A stretch of 22,886 nucleotides of DNA, from positions 1-22,886 of the forward strand of contig JAQGDQ010001869.1 of the NCBI GenBank assembly GCA_030141605.1. The letters run 5' to 3'. The position numbers and the translations under genes are program-made. A model generated the notes under the pieces. The model did not search any database, was not told where the DNA came from, and saw nothing but the letters and a program-made list of their open reading frames with translations. Source of the stretch: Tubiluchus corallicola. Lineage: Eukaryota; Animalia; Priapulida. Shown here piece after piece: positions 22,367-22,886 of the stretch. How positions within the stretch are numbered: the first letter of the stretch is position 1; each line of letters opens with the position of its first letter.

Positions 22367-22801
22367 AGAAGGTATTTTATACTATAACTTTCTGGTGGTA
22401 AAAATAAACCAATAAAGCTGCAGGAATTATATGCAATATAAATGCAGAATAAATTTTAAACTATATATTTTCTATTAGCTTCAATAACAAAGGAGTTTAA
22501 CTTTGAAAACCATAACCATGTGATGATCAGACTGAACAACAATATACAGTCCCTTGCCTCATACCTTTCCAGATTAACCTAAACTAATCAAAACTGACGA
22601 ATTGCAAGCAGTCCGGTTAGTTAGGTGTTTGAATGGAGCTGACTGGATACAGATGTCAAACTTTCAGCAAAGATTCTTCAGGGCATTCTAACAGAGTTTT
22701 AGATGTTTTAAAATTTTGCATTTTGGCTCGCTGTCCCGGGACACTAAAAGGTCAATAAATGGTCTCGCGCTTTGAAGGCTTATAACTCCAAAACGAAACT
22801 G

Positions 22802-22886
22802 CCTGAAAACCTTAATATAGCTGCCTTAGGAACTAATGATCTGTTGAAGTTGTTATTATTCGGTAAAGATGAATTTAACTATGTTG
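22802..22886 (+). mobile_element. 5'-truncated copy of the LINE found at 18088-18593, running off the window end
   Basis: Encodes PENLNIAALGTNDLLKLLLFGKDEFNYV, compared with PENLDVAALGNNDLLKLLLFGKDEFNYV in the other copy. Confidence 0.9.

Overview
This is eukaryotic DNA from an AT-rich, intron-rich animal genome, probably an invertebrate, so the ORF track is mostly misleading and genes must be assembled from spliced exons. On the + strand, nine phase-consistent GT-AG exons (1060-11228, 1918 nt, about 639 aa, open at both ends) encode part of a polycystin-1-like (PKD1L/REJ family) ectodomain. Its domain order is unusual: GAIN-type sequence, then a 205-aa insert with 30 Cys, then a complete PLAT/LH2 domain flanked by phase-1 introns, with no GPS motif or transmembrane helix in between. 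On the - strand, the first coding exon of a myosin-III/NINAC-like kinase lies at 12482-12629 and is spliced leftwards, so the polycystin-like exons appear to sit inside its intron (nested or interleaved genes). The rest is repeat-rich: five 5'-truncated LINE fragments, a hAT MITE with an intact 8-bp TSD, a Tigger/pogo-like MITE, a tRNA-derived SINE whose head is tandemly amplified, two 5S-rRNA-derived fragments, two (TA)n-centred foldbacks, and several mini- and microsatellites. There is no CRISPR array or prokaryotic feature. Family assignments come from motif recall, not from database searches.
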